Shown: piece after piece, positions 28,141 through 43,559 of the stretch | How positions within the stretch are numbered: the first letter of the stretch is position 1 | Layout of the letters: the number at the start of each line of letters is the position of its first letter | Source: the human T2T-CHM13v2.0 reference genome, Homo sapiens | Direction: 5' to 3' (one strand) | Assembly (NCBI RefSeq): GCF_009914755.1 | Contig: NC_060934.1 | DNA: 64,000 nt | The notes under the pieces: model-generated | Database searches by the model: none | Told to the model about the DNA's origin: nothing | What the model saw: the letters and a program-made list of their open reading frames with translations, nothing else | Program-made: the position numbers and the translations under genes

Positions 28141-28749
28141 ACATACATTTTAAAGACTACCTAACCTATTTGACCAATTTATACTTTAGTAATAGTCTTT
28201 TAAAAAATAAAGTTATGAAGTTGCTATGGCAATTAAGAGAGAAAGTGTGTGAAACATTCTAATATATTTCCTTAAATACATCAGGGGTCAAATAGTTCAT
28301 TTCTCTGCACATTCTACTCTTCACTTATTATCTTAATAGTTTTAATGTCAATATATACTTAATGAATAAGTAACTGAGCAATTAGAATTTTTTCTTCTGA
28401 TAAGAATGAAGATCATCTAATGATCTTCAATGGCAGTTATGATAGGCAGAACTCAGAATAAAATACAAATGTAAAAGGAGAGACTGCATTTCAGAATCAT
28501 AAAAAGATTTTAAATTATTATAAAGCATAATTAATTTTATAAAGAAATCCCTAAAATCCCAAATCAAGATGAAACCAATGAATCTACCTGTGACATAGTT
28601 GAAGGTATAGGCACTTTCAGTGGTTTTAAATCTCTGAAACTTTCTATATAGCTGTATTGAGTTATGTTTAAAATAATCAAAAAGAAAAACCTGCAAAAAA
28701 ATTCAAAATTGTTTGGAATAAACATATTGTTTTATGGTGTTATTGTACA

Positions 28750-29960
28750 TTCATATTGTTATTCTGATACTATTGTGGGTGTATTACAGCATAAGAGAAA
28801 TGACTATGTCAGTTCCATTGAGACCTAGGATTTTCAGCACAAGAAAAGAAAGATTAGAAATAATATTGGTGAGGCTTGTAAAACCCTGTATTCCTGAAAT
28901 CAATTCAGAAGTATAATTATTAATTCATATTAAGTTTATTCCTTAAAAATTTGATTTCCTAGCTCTGTCCACTGAAAGTACCTAGACACAGTGCCTATTT
29001 CAATAGCAAAGAGCATCCCTAGTGCCCATATTGTAAATTCTAAGTACAATTCTTCACTAAGACGAGCTAACACTTCTTACACAAAAAGCTATCTAGGTCT
29101 AAGGCAAGAAACGTATCCGGAAGACCTAGAACATTTCGTCATACTGCATAGCAAGGATGTACTCAAGGATTTCTACGAACATAGCTAAAAAGACTTAAAA
29201 TCCCATGCAAGGAGAATCTCTGTAACCAATGGTGAACCAAGTTTTAGCTTCAGTTAGAAAATGCTGCCATCAATTGCAACCTCTTTGTTAAACTCCATAA
29301 TATTATCACAAAGTAATAAAATAATAGACCCATTGATCACCTTTGAAAGATACTAATTGTACAACTCATCAATCAAAAAAATTTGTAAATGAAGGGAAAA
29401 CAAGTGTTTTGAACTTGTGTCTTCTTGTTTTGCCTGGTTATGCTTCAGGGCAACCAACTAGATGATGAGTACAAATTTATCTTTAAGGAAGCATTCCAGA
29501 TAATAAATGAAAAATAAACAGTAAATAAGAACATGACCATTTTCAACACATAATAAAATAAAAGATCAGGGAGTTATTTAATAGGCACTAATATCACACA
29601 CATATAAAGAGTGATATTTGGATTATGTGCACTCTGTTGGAAGAGAACAAACTATAAAGTTATTGCAAAAAAATGCCAGAATCATATAGAGCTTGGTATA
29701 TGTATTTATTACAAATAAGCAAACAGAGAAAAAATGATGAATGACACCATGGAGATGAATCAGAAGAAGGCAGGCCATGAGATACTGTACAAGACAATTG
29801 ACCTTTTTGGTCTCAGAAAATAATAGCTGGAGAAGATGGAATATGGAGTGAGAACCTGTAAATTGAGAGACTTAAGAGATGTCAAGTAACTGCAACCTAT
29901 AGACCTTATTAGATTTTGACTTAAATAAACTGTACAAAAATACTGTGAGTTTATTTGTAT
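28750..29960 (+). mobile_element. L1MC4/5-like 3'UTR; further pieces at about 30930-31095 and 36010-36140
   Basis: ttcctagctctgtccactga...gagcatccctagtgccca; later gatatctgggatttgcttc and aacaagattg...tttggaaatttt. Confidence 0.7.
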
Positions 29961-30070
29961 AAGACTAATTAATGTTCCCACCAAAAAACCAAGTATGGAA
30001 ACTGAAAAAAAAAAAAAAACCCAAACTGTTTAAAGGCAGTAGAGAGTAACCAATAAAGGCCTACCATTTT

Positions 30071-30355
30071 TTTGTTTTGTTTTTTGTTTTTTTGTTTGTT
30101 TTCTTTTATTATTATTATATTTTAAGTTCTAGGGTACATGTACACACCGTGCAGGTTTGTTACATATGTATACATATGCCATGTTGGTGTGCTGCACCTA
30201 TTAACTCATCACTTACATTAGGTAAATCTCCTAATATTTTCCCTCCCCCCTCCCCCCACCCCACGACAGGTCCCGGTGTGTGATGTTCCCCTTCCTGTGT
30301 CCAAGTGTTTTCATTGTTCAATTCCCAACACCACATGTTCTCACTCATAGGTGGA
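30071..30355 (-). mobile_element. Short L1PA4/5-like 3' fragment with a ~28-bp 5' inversion
   Basis: ttaagttctagggtacatg...ccccacgacaggtcccggtgtgtgatg; TSD AAAG(G/T)CCTACCATTTT at 30055-30070 and 30356-30371. Confidence 0.92.
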
Positions 30356-30459
30356 AAAGTCCTACCATTTTGAAAAGTAGCAATTACATCTAGTACTGGC
30401 AAGAATGTAGGCTAATTGCAACACTTATATCTTGATGCCTAGGATAGAACTGATGCTAC

Positions 30460-30860
30460 CACGTTGGAACTTCCAAAGCTAAACATATGTATACCCTATT
30501 TCTGAGTGCTATGTGAAACTATCTAAATGTCCATCAACATAAGGATAGACTAAGTAAATACACTATTTTGTAGTTAGGCTGTAGAAAACAATAGAGCAAA
30601 GATAAAGAACGAACTACTGCTTACATGCAATACCATGGATAAAACTCAAAGGCAAAATGTTGAGCAAACAAAACCAGGCATAAAAGAATAAAAACCGCAT
30701 AATTCTAATCATCAAAAACAAGCAAAACTAACATAGTGGTATTTTAGGTCACAATAATAGTTATATATGAATATACGATATTTTATTGATGGGACATGAG
30801 AAAACCATCTGAATAATGGAAATATTGTAAGGTTTGGTGGTTTCATGGGTATATGCATCT
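30460..30860 (+). mobile_element. L1ME-like 3' fragment
   Basis: ctaaatgtccatcaaca...gaacgaactactgc..catgcaataccatggat...aatgttgagcaaa. Confidence 0.65.
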
Positions 30861-31560
30861 TGACAAGGGAATGAATAAAATAAAAGCAAATGTAAAATTA
30901 AAATAAATTATGAATTAATTTGGGAAAGTTGAATTCTGATTATAGACATTTGATTTAAGAAACTATTGTCAATTTCAACAGTTGAGATAATGGTGGTGGT
31001 GTTATATTAAACAGGTTCTTGCCATTTAAGTACACACACTTAGATATGCACAGCTCAAATGATATGATATCTGGGATTTGCTTCTTGATAATCTGAAAAC
31101 ATAGACTCCCAAAATATACAAAGCAGACAGTGACAGCATTGAATGGATAATTAAACTGTTCTACAAGAATATTTGGAGATTGTAATACACCAAATTCAGT
31201 AGTGTTCAGAACAACTACACAGATCAACAAGAAAAACAGACCTGAGCAACACTATAAACCAGCTAGACCTAACAGATACTTAGAGAGCACTTCATGCAAC
31301 AAGATCACAAGAAGCATTCCCAGCTGAACCATATGCTAGGCCATAAAACAGGCCTCAACTAACTTAAAATACTTTAAATTATGCAAAGCACATGTTTTAT
31401 AACTGTTAAGTAGTTAGATAGACATTAGCAGCTGGGAGGGGATGACAGAAGAGATCGGAAGGGCTGTCACTAAGACAGGCCCTGGCCCACCTAAGTCCAG
31501 CACCAAGATCACCCTAACTCCACCCTAACAGATGGAGTTTGTGGTAAAGTCTGTGGCTAG

Positions 31561-31979
31561 TGATAGATGTAGGAGACAGCCAAATGCTGCCCAGGTCATT
31601 GTGCACAGGGGGCTTGCCTAAACATGCCCATGGTGAAAAATTCTGTCCCTTAACACATGCATAGTAAGGGAAATAAATCAATGTGGAGTGGCTCAAAGGA
31701 CCTGCACGTGCACTGGGAAAATGGGGTGGAGCCACCAGGAATTTGCACTTTGTGCAAGGGAGGAGCAAGACCTCTTCAGTGCACATGTGGTGCCCTGCTA
31801 TTCAGTTCTATGAGGTGGAAAACCTGGGTGCAGGCCCCTCCTTTTGTTGAGAGTTTTCCTTTTTGCTTAATAAATTCTGCTCTTTTTACTTTTCAATGTG
31901 TCCACGTGCCTAATTTTTCCTGGTTGTGAGAGAAGCAGCTCGGTTTTAGCTGAACGAAAGAGCAAAAAGTCCTGCATCA
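31561..31979 (+). mobile_element. MER61-family ERV1 solo LTR
   Basis: tgatagatg...cctgcatca termini, AATAAA, internal p53 site, 4-bp TSD CTAG at 31557-31560 and 31980-31983. Confidence 0.85.
31610..31629. promoter_or_regulatory. Perfect p53 response element, zero spacer
   Basis: GGGCTTGCCT AAACATGCCC is a 20/20 match to RRRCWWGYYY x2. Confidence 0.85.
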
Positions 31980-32120
31980 CTAGCACATCCTGGAGAAAAA
32001 AAGAACTGGAGCATTGATTAAAAATCCCCTAAAGTTGCATAGTGTGTCCAGAATTGGTAGGTTCTTGGTCTCACTGACCTCAAGACTGAAGCCGCGGACC
32101 CTGGCAGTGAATGTTACAGC

Positions 32121-32426
<306 letters not shown>

Positions 32427-32690
32427 TTACAGCTCTTAAGGTGGCACGTCTGGAGTTTGTTCCTTCTGATGTTCGGATGTGTTCGGAGTTTCTTCCTTCT
32501 GGTGGGTTCGTGGTCTCACTGGCTCAGCAGTGAAGCTGAAGGCCTTTGCGGTGAGTGTTACAGCTCGTAAAAGCAGCGTAGACCCAAAGAGTGAGCAGTA
32601 GCAAGATTTATTGCAAAGCGCAAAACAACAAAGCTTCCACAGCGTGGAAAGGAACCCGAAGGGGTTGCCACTGCTGGCTCGGGCAGCCTG

Positions 32691-33100
32691 CTTTTATTCT
32701 CTTATCTGGCCCCACCCACATCCTGCTGATTGGTAGAGCCCAGTGGTCTGTTTTGACAGGGCGCTGATTGGTGCGTTTACAATCCCTGAGCTAGACACAA
32801 AGGTTCTCCACCTCCTCACCAGATTAGCTAGATACAGAGTGTGGACACAAAGGTTCTCCAAGTCCCCACCAGAGTAGCTAGATATAGAGTGTTGATTGGT
32901 GCATTCACAAACCCTGAGCTAGACACAGGATGCTGATTGGTGTGTTTACAAACCTTGAGCTAGATACAGAGTGCTGATTGGTGTATTTACAATCCCTGAG
33001 CTAGACATAAAGGTTCTCCAAGGCCTCACCAGAGTAGCTAGATACAGAGTGTCGATTGGTGCACTCACAAACCCTGAGCTAGACACAGGGTGCTGATTGG
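32691..33100 (-). promoter_or_regulatory. LTR12C promoter: seven CCAAT (NF-Y) boxes plus an AATAAAA TATA-like box
   Basis: GATTGG at 32728, 32766, 32894, 32935, 32976, 33054 and 33095; cttttattc at 32691-32699. Confidence 0.75.
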
Positions 33101-34519
33101 TGTATTTACAATCCCTTAGCTAGACAGAAAGGTTCTCCACTTCCCCACCAGACTCAGGACCCCAGCTGGCTTCACCCAGTGGATCCCGCACCGGGACTGC
33201 AGGTGGAGCTGCCTGCCAGTCCCTCGCCCTGCGCCTGCACTCCTCAGCCCTTGGGTGGTCGATGGGACGGGGCGCGGTGGAGCAGGGGGCAGCGCTCATC
33301 GGGGAGGCTCGGGCAGCACAGGAGCCCACGGAGGGGGTGGGAGGCCCAGGCATGGCGGGCTGCAGGTCCCGAGTCCTGCCCTGTGGGAAGGCAGCTAAGG
33401 CCCCGCGAGAAATCGAGTGCAGCGCCAGTGGGCTGGCACTGCTGGGGGACCCAGTACACCCTCTGCAGCCGCTGGCTAGGGTGCTAAGCCGCTCATTCCC
33501 TGGGGCCGGCGGGGCCGGCAGGGCCGGTCGGCCGCTAGCTCGGAGTGCAGGGGCCGCGGAGCCCACGCCCACCCGGAACTTGCCCTGGCCCGCCAGCACC
33601 GCAGGCAGCCCCAGTTCCCGCGCGCCTCTCCCTCCACACCTCCCCGCAAGCTGAGGGAGCGGACTCCGGCCTTGGTCAGCCCAGAAAAGGGGCTCCCACA
33701 ATGCAGCGGTAGGCTGAAGGGCTCCTCAAGTGCTGCCAAAGTGGGAGCCCAGGCAGAGGACGCGCCCAGAGCGAGCGAGGGCTGTGAGGACTGCCAGCAC
33801 GCCGTCACCTCTCAATAGGCCCAGTCCATCTAGGCCAGAACCCCAGGTAACCCTATCCTCATTATACAGTGATTATAATAAAATTTACATGTGCTTTTGC
33901 CCCCTTAAGTGGGCTTTCCTTAATGAATTACAGATAAAAACATGCGCAGTTTAACTTCAGTTATATAACCACAAACTCCCCATCAAATGACATCATCCTG
34001 CTACTCAAATCCAGCCTAAGCCTCAACTTCTCCCCACAAACTGGATAAAAGCACCCTGAGCTCTGTAAAGAGGAGCTGATTTCTGTGAAGTGAAATCAGC
34101 CCACTCTCTCTCTGAGAATGTATTACTGAGCTTTGATGAACTTTGCTTTGAGCTTGCATTTTGGTGTTAGTTTGCAGTTCTTCGCGCACTACCACAAGAA
34201 CTGAGATTGCTGGTCCAGAACTCTAGCTCTGTTGATCTCCTTGGTTAAAGAATTCATCCCAAAGCAGAATTCTCAGTAACATAACCACAATGCAATGAAA
34301 TTAGAAACTAATAAGAAAAGTAAACTGGGATGTTCACAAATATGTAGAAATTAATAACCCACTCCTAAATAACCAATCTCAGAAAGAAATCACAAGAGAA
34401 ATTAAATTAAAGGAATAAAAATGGAAAGTAAAATTTACAGGATTAACTAAAATGGTGCTTAGGGGGAAATTCATAGCTGCAGACTCCTATTTTATTTTTC
34501 TTAAAGAGCTATATCTCAT

Positions 34520-34852
34520 TTTTCTTACCCTCTTGAGTTCTTGTAACCACCTTTCTACTCTTTGTTTTCACATGTTAGAAATTTTTAGATTCCACATATA
34601 AGTGAGATCATGCAGTAGCTTCCTTTATCTGCCTGACTTATTTCACTTAACATCTTGCCCTCTAGTTTCATCCATGTTACCTTAATGGCAGAATCCCCTG
34701 TTTAAAGCTGAAAAACTATCTCATTGTGTATATATATCATGTATATACAATATGTATACCTCTATACACATTTCATTGTATATATATTACAGCTTCTTTA
34801 TCCATTCATCCACCAACAAACACTTAGGTTGTATCCATATTTTGGCTATTGC
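34520..34852 (-). mobile_element. L1MA-like 3' fragment
   Basis: ttagattccacatataagtgagatcatgcagta...cttatttcacttaacat. Confidence 0.8.
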
Positions 34853-37224
34853 CAATATATTTGTGAACCAGATGAAATGGACACAAATCATAGCAACAGA
34901 CTCTAGAAGAAACAAAAAAATCTGAATATATGTGTAACAAGTAAAAAAACTGAGTTAGTAATCAAAACATTTCCAGAAATAAAAGCCCAGAACCAACTTC
35001 ACTAACGAATTCCACCAAATATTTTAAGACAAAATGACACCAATCCTTCCTGAACTCTTCCCAAAAATAGAGGAGGGGACACATTTGAACCCATTCTATG
35101 AGGCCAGTGTTACCTGACGCCAAAATCAGGCAAAAACCTTGAAAAGAAAACTATAGAACAATAGCTCCTATGAATATGGACACAAAGATCTTCAACAAAA
35201 TATTTGCAAACTGAATCCAGCAACATGTAAAAAGGATGATATGCCATGACCAAGTGAGACTGAGAAGATGCAACATTGGTCCTACATAAAAAAAAAAGCG
35301 ATTTAATACACCAAATTCATAGAATAAAGGACAATCACATAGACATATAATATAGATCAATGGAATACAATTTACAGTCCATAATAAATAAATACATACA
35401 ACTATAGCCAATTGATTTTCAACAAGGGTCCTGAGAACATTCAATGGGGGAAAAAATAGTTCCTCAAAAATGTAAGCAAAGAGTATTCATATAACCCAAC
35501 CATTCCACTTCCAGGACTAAACCCCAAAGAGTTGAAAACATATGTTCACATGAAGACCTGTACACAAATGTTCTTAGCAACAAAATATGTGGAAACAACT
35601 CAAATGCCCTTTAATTGATGAATAGATAACAAAATATGAAATATCCATTGGAATGATATGAAAAGAATGAAGTATTGAAACATGCTTTAATGCGGATGAA
35701 CTTTGAAAACACTGTATTAAGTGACAGACTCAGAAGCAAAAGACTACATGTCATACGATGTTCAAAGTAGACAATTCATAAACACAAAAATAGGCTAGTG
35801 GCTGCCAAGAGCTGGAGGGAGGAGCTAATGAGAGTCACTGCTAAAAGCTATACATTTTTATTTTTGCGGGGGGTGGTGATGGTGACATCAAACTATTAAG
35901 CGTACTAAAAACATACTAAATTATATATGTTAAAAGAGTGAAATTTATGATGTGTAAATTACGTCTCAATATAACAAAAAAATAATATGGACTACTAGGG
36001 TGTTAGATTTTGGAGGGCCACAAATTAAACAAGATTGATAATGAATTAATCACTTAGGAGACATGATAATGGGTGTATATGTTTCCATTGTATTATTATT
36101 TTAACTTCTTTGTATTTGGAAATTTTACGATAAAAATAAGTAAGTAGCAAAACGTTATTTGCAGAGGTTGCATAGAAACGTATAAATATTTAATTCCCAT
36201 CATGGTTCCTAATTTTATAACACTTACACTTATACTAAACATCCAAATAGAGTTGAAATGTTGTAGCTAATTCATTGTAAAATGAAAGCTTTACAGATGA
36301 ACCAGTAGACACCTAGAAATCTTGATTCTGGAATCTGGACCTATATAGTCTATTTATCTCTATCATTTCAATTCCTCTTTATGCCATCCCATTATCTATT
36401 TCATTACCCGTGAAGATTTTAATCTATGGTATCCTGGCCATTTTACATAAGAAATTGCTATACGTTACCTTCCACCTATAAGTTGAAAAAATATTTTGAC
36501 AAAAAGTATATAGTGCATTTTTTAGAAACTGTTTTCATTTTCTGTGTTTTTAGTTGTCTCTGAGAATCAAAATCTAATAGAAAAAAAGTGATAAGTGCTC
36601 TAAAAATTTTTACATCCAAATAACAAAGTTAATTTGTTGACATAATTGTAATATAACATAGCAATAAAGTACCTCTGTAATTCTGCTATCTTAACCTACT
36701 CATATTATTTAAATATATGGATGAATGAAACATTTATATCTAACATACTAAGATTTCAGCCAAGTGGCAGGCACATTTTATGAAAAATGAAAAATTTATT
36801 TGAGCATCTGCCTGCTTCCAAATAGCCAGATGTTTTTCATTAGACAACAAAGCTTCCAACAAATTTAACTTTAATACCTTTATCACCCATCAGGAGATTT
36901 TAATATCTCTCTCTTTCTGAATAACCAAAACCAAGCAACATGCACAAACACTAAATTAAATGTCTAACCCCTCAAAATGTTATGGAGTCTTTGGTGGAGT
37001 TATTGTATCACTTCTGTGTTAGGTACATCAAAATAGTATTTGGAGAGTTTCTGAAGAATACCTTTACTTAAGCTATTTCTACCTGGCAGAATAAAACTGG
37101 AATTGCATTCCTAATTATATTCTTTCTTTATTATATGGTTATCTAAATTATACATAAGTGAATTACATCGTGAAAGTATTTTGGAAAGATAAAGTGAACT
37201 TTATTAAATACCTCTAGTTTTCTA

Positions 37225-37376
37225 GGTACATTGCTAATCCATATGTTTTAGGATCACCTGCATCACACATACCCGAGGTGTCGATTTTAAAGTGCACCAC
37301 TCCAGACCCACTGAACCCAAGTCTCTAGGGAAAGGCTGCAAAATTGCATTAAAAAGATGGTGAGACTGAAGCACTG
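37225..37376. mobile_element. MER5-like DNA transposon remnant
   Basis: cacctgcatca...ccactccagacccactgaacccaagtctctaggg. Confidence 0.45.
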
Positions 37377-39004
37377 TGATATTTCACATTTTTAATAATT
37401 AGTTTTCCATTTCTGATAAACATGCAAGTAAGAAAAAAATTAGAGATAAAGAAATAAAACCTCAAATTTTGTCTTACACTTGGACCTAGCAAATGGCAAA
37501 TCCAACTAAAAACAGTGTCTTCTGAGTTCTAAAACATGTAAAATTTAATCTCTGCACAGGTAAATTTTGTATTACATATTTTTGAGAAATTTTTTATATC
37601 TGTTTGTTTATAGGTATATTTTTCCTTTTTGGAACAAAATGGAGCAGTTTCTATTTTTACATAGTTGTTTATGTTCTTTCTCTTAAAAAATCATTATCTT
37701 TGAATTGCAAATAGAGACATCATTAATGAGGTTAGCAACTGGCATTTACTGTCAAAGTTTGCCACATGATATGACAATTCAAGCGTATATGTTGAATTCT
37801 AAGCTCTTGAGCTGAAATTTAAAGGGAGAAAATAAATCAAAATTCAAAGCATAATATACATTAGCTTTGAAAAAGAAATAGTGCTATGAACAAGCCAGAA
37901 ACTCTGCTACATTTCTAAGACAGTTCAATTATGTTAAAAAAAAAGCAAGTTACAAGTTTGACACCATTTTACATTAATTTTAAGAACATGCAGCAACACC
38001 ATGGTTTTTGAATTCATGCATTTCTGTTAGGTTCATAAAAATGCACATAAAAATATGTACCAATTTCAGTGCAGCAGAATAGTGGCTTCCCCTAAAGAAG
38101 ACTGAAAAATTGTGAAAAAATTTCTATTTTTAAATTCTATTAAAAAAAACAACAACCCAGAATTGAATATAGCAGCACCTACATTTATTAAATGTGGATA
38201 GTAAGTAGGTGGCTATTAACTGCATTTTCTTTCGCATTGTTCTAGATACAGCAGGGTCTTTCCCCTAGTAAGGAGTTGAGAAGGCTTTTATGGTGTTTAG
38301 AGAGAGAGAAGGCATTTCACCCTTAGCTGACATGAGAATCATGGAGAAAACTTACTCACTACAACAGTTAAATTTTTTAACCCATTACCGATTTGGGGTT
38401 AGAGTCATCATTTCCTTCTCACAGATATTTGAAGCTCCAAACAAAAAAACACTGTTATGATTTCAGTGTCCCAATAGAGCCTGGTAAGACCAATGGGCAG
38501 TCATCAGGGGTCAAATACCAACAATAGGAAGGATTTCAGGAGCTGCAGAGACTACTACACTAGAGTAGCACTTCATGGGTGGTGCCCACATACACTCTTC
38601 ACTTCTACAGATAATGTGAAATACAGCAGGATCCTTGTCAAAGCACAGTGATCTCAGGATCATTTCTACCAGTGCCAGAAGTGAAGTAGCTAATTTGGGA
38701 CTGCTGGGATTGTTATAAACTAATTTGGACTTCGTAGCAGAGCAATGTGATTCTTTGCTCAACCAAGTCTCCCTCTCCCTTAGGAAGTCAGTTTAGACAC
38801 ATATCACAGAGCATGAAATAAAACCTGCGAGTGCATCAGTGTGAAAGAAAACTGGTGTCACTGCATTTGGAAAATGGTCTATCATGAAGCCAGAAGTATA
38901 GGCAAGAGACAGATTGTGCAGAGACTTGTGGACAAGAAGTGACTTGTTATTTATTCAAACAGCAAAGGAAAGAACCATAGCAGTTTTAAGCAAAGGAAAG
39001 TTGC

Positions 39005-39120
39005 AGACAAACTGATGCACAAAAAGATTAAATCATTCCCTGAAGATCACATGGATAAATGGTAAAGAGATATTCAAATTAAGAAAGTCTGACTCTGGAA
39101 TCCACTATTATAACTACCGA
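39005..39120 (-). mobile_element. MIR within L2-like fragments (about 38860-39240)
   Basis: aaactgatgcacaaaaagattaaatcattccctgaagatcaca...agtctgactctgga. Confidence 0.65.
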
Positions 39121-39579
39121 GTGAATTAAAAATTTAGACATCTTTAGGATGAGAATCTTTTTGACTTGATGATTTATGGGGCGTAAGGAAGAAGGGAATG
39201 TCAAGAAGTTGGGAAACATAATTCACGTTTCTGGTTCTGTGCAGACCTAATTTCACATGTTTTTTGCTAAGATTAGAAAATATATACATAATACCAAGCA
39301 ATGCATGGGGAATTCAGTATCAGAAAATAAAATTTATGAATGTAGTTTGCGGATCCTTTCTTCTGTTCCAACATAATTTTTTATAGGTCACGTATTCAGT
39401 AAGCAAGTGGTTTTTCTGGTTTCCAAAATATGAACAGATGACAGCATTCCTATTTTTAAAATTTCAACTTAATATGAAGATCCTACTGTGAACTCATTTC
39501 TCACATTGCCTATCATTTATTTTTAATCTAAGTGAATTAAAAGCCATAAAGCTGAAAATATTTTTAGTTCATTCATGTT

Positions 39580-40705
<1,126 letters not shown>

Positions 40706-40719
40706 ACCATGATGAAAGA

Positions 40720-42040
40720 ACTGGCCAAGAATTGCAAGGGAAAAATAAAATTTTAACCATCTTTTGTCATGGACATAGAAGTTAAATTGCTGAATCAAAT
40801 ATTAGCAAATGAAATACACATACAATGACTAACTAAAATTTATCTGGAAATGTGGAGATGGGTTAACATCAGATAACCAATGTATATAATCTACCATATT
40901 AATAGATTAAAGGAGAAAGTACATGCTAATGTAGTGAAAAACAAACGATATTTCAAAATTGAAAATTAAAAGTATTGAGCAATATTTAATAATCAATATG
41001 TGAAAACCTTATTATACTGGATAAAAGAGGATGTATTTAATAAAAGGCATTTATCAAAGATTCATAATAAATATTGTACTTTATATTGAGTATTTAAATG
41101 CATTTCTTATTCAATCAAGAAACAAAACAGATATATCTGCTATTTCCACACTGATCCAATCAATATAACATTGGAGACCCTTGGCCATTCAGTAAGATTA
41201 TAAGATACAGAAAGAGGTAGAAATTAAAGCTATAAGTATTTAAAAAAACCCAAAGCTTTCCTACTTATATTAATAGATGACAGGATTCTTTATATGAAAT
41301 ACAAAATCTAAAACTCTGGCAAATAAAGAGTTTAGTGTTTCTGTGTGTGTGACTGAAAACTAATTAAATATAATACAGTGTAATAGAAAATGTGCTCTCA
41401 TGTGATGCCCATAATATGGTACCTAACAAAAGATCTTTTTGTATCTACCAAAAGACCTCTTATGGAGAAAAGTTGAAAATAACTACATTCATAGGTAAGA
41501 AGATGCAATATTATAACTATATCCCCAAATTAATTAAAATTTAATGCATTTTCAATTCATATCCTATTTATTTAAAAACAATTTCTGTAGTTTTTGGGGT
41601 ACAGGAGGTCTCTGGTTATTGGATAAGTTTTTTAGTGGTGATGTCTGAGATTTTAGTGCACCCATGACCCACGCAGGGTACACTGTACCTAATAAGTAGT
41701 CTTTTATCCCTCACCCCCTCCCAACATTCCCCCCGAAGTCCCCGAAGTCCACTAGCTTCTGCTTATACCCTTGCATCCTCATAGTTTAGCTCCCACTTGT
41801 GAGAACATAAAAATATCCTATTTTTTTAAAAAGAACTTATTTTGTAAATCCTAACATTTATACAGAACAGTACAGAGAAAAGAATATTTATAAAATTTTG
41901 AAGAAAAGCAAAGTACAAGATCTTGACTTAATGACAGATTTTTATAGTTATAGCTATTGAGACAGTATTTAAGCATAGATAAACAACACAAAGTGGAAAT
42001 CCCAGAGACAAGTTCATGAATATGTGGGATATTGATGAAT
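40720..42040 (+). mobile_element. Highly decayed L1M/L1ME ORF2
   Basis: aaatattagcaaatgaaat...ccatattaatagattaaaggagaaa...ccccaaattaatt..aatttaatgca. Confidence 0.6.
41570..41812 (-). mobile_element. Short L1PB1-like 3' fragment
   Basis: ttttggggtacagg...ggataagtttttagtggtgat..ctgagattttagtgcaccc; TSD ATATCCTATTT at 41559-41569 and 41813-41823. Confidence 0.9.
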
Positions 42041-43419
42041 TAATAAATAAACAGGCATAACATGTAAAGGCCGTTGAATCTTTTTGAAAGATCTAAAAAC
42101 AAATTTTATTAGAAAGACAATGTATTTGCTTCTTTTTTTGCTTATTTGCTTGCTGGTTAATTTGCTTAGCCCTGAAATGTCTTGGGAATTTTCACTGCAG
42201 TTCTTTAAAATAGGTGGTGTTTGCTAATTCAATCTCTAATACCTTATGGTAACTCACACACTTATACATTCCCTCCATCCTTAGGAGAAAATCTGAGATA
42301 ATTCAAGAACAAAATTATTTCTTTATAGAGTCAGGACTAATGAATCTTAGAATCCCCCTCTTTCAAAGACTCATTCCCTTTGTTCTTTTACCTCTGATGC
42401 GGTGTGATAGAGTTCAAGAAAATACTGATGTGTGGGAGACCTAAAAACCTTTAGGAAGCAGCCTACGAAGAGACAGGGAGGAACATTTCACAATCTTCTT
42501 TCACTCTAAGAGTTAACGTAATGGATAAAAATAACTTTATTCAAATGCCAATCCATTTCAGGGATACAGAAAATCTAAATGAAACATTGAATCAAATATC
42601 AATGGTTGGTAAAAGTGCTTATTTTGCAGGGGATTTTTTTGTGCTCTATGTAGAATTGCTGATCCCCCCCATGATAGACAATATCATTTCCAGTTTTGAA
42701 ACTGGAAAACTGATGCTATCAAGTTGTGTTAAATACCTATGCTCACACATTTACATGAAAAACCTGGAATTTGATTTTGAGTTTGCCTGTCTTCAAAGCT
42801 TGTACTATTTCCACCCCAAATAAAAATTTATGACAGAAGGATAGTCTTCTTTAAGAAAGAACAGCATCTTTGGAAGCACCGAAGTTTAACATAGAATGGA
42901 AAGTCATTTCTTTCTGCCAATTAGGTCTATGTATATCCCATGAGGAAATGATGACATCCATAAGCATATAAAATTAGAAAAAATGACTCAGTCTTGGCAA
43001 GAAATATTAAAGACATTTTATTTTGTGTATTAATGTCATCACACCACTTAGAAGTCAGAACAAAACTGTGAGTCCAGGAAACCGATGACTCAAAAATAAA
43101 ATCCCTATCATCCTGCAGGTAGAACAGTTACCATATGAGGAAAGTGGTACATTTCCCTAATCTTTTCCTATAACAATTTCATATACCTTTTGTTTGACAT
43201 TTTCACATTTCTCTAAATTGTAAGTTGGGGCATCAATCAAAACATATAAATCATTTTTTGAAAATTAAATATCTAAAGGATAGATAACATTAAAAGTTTT
43301 CTTTTAATGTGGAAATACAAAGAATTTCCAGGAAGTATAGAAAACTGAGCAATTGCATCCAAATTTCCTCCTCATATATGGACTTGGAATACTTTATACG
43401 GTATGAAAGTAGAAATTAA

Positions 43420-43520
43420 AGTCCCAGCGCTTTGATAGGCCGCAGTGGGAAATGTAGCTTGAGCCCAGGAGTTCCAGACCAGCCTGGGCAACACAGTGAA
43501 ACCTCATCTCTACACACACA

Positions 43521-43558
<38 letters not shown>
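43420..43558 (+). mobile_element. Truncated Alu monomer (FLAM/AluJ left arm) with tail converted to (CA)n at about 43512-43558
   Basis: gcttgagcccaggagttccagaccagcctgggcaacacagtgaaacctcatctcta followed by a CA run. Confidence 0.85.

Positions 43559-43559
<1 letters not shown>

Noticed and set aside
32720-33140. ~40-bp periodic repeats
   Set aside because: These are the standard LTR12/ERV9 U3 tandem enhancer repeats
33120-33954. Cluster of long GC-rich ORFs (up to 193 aa) on both strands
   Set aside because: They lie in or start in the GC-rich LTR12C U3, where stop codons are rare; no recognisable protein domain
42521-42823. 100-aa ATG ORF in non-repeat DNA
   Set aside because: No recognisable homology, promoter or exon structure; compatible with chance
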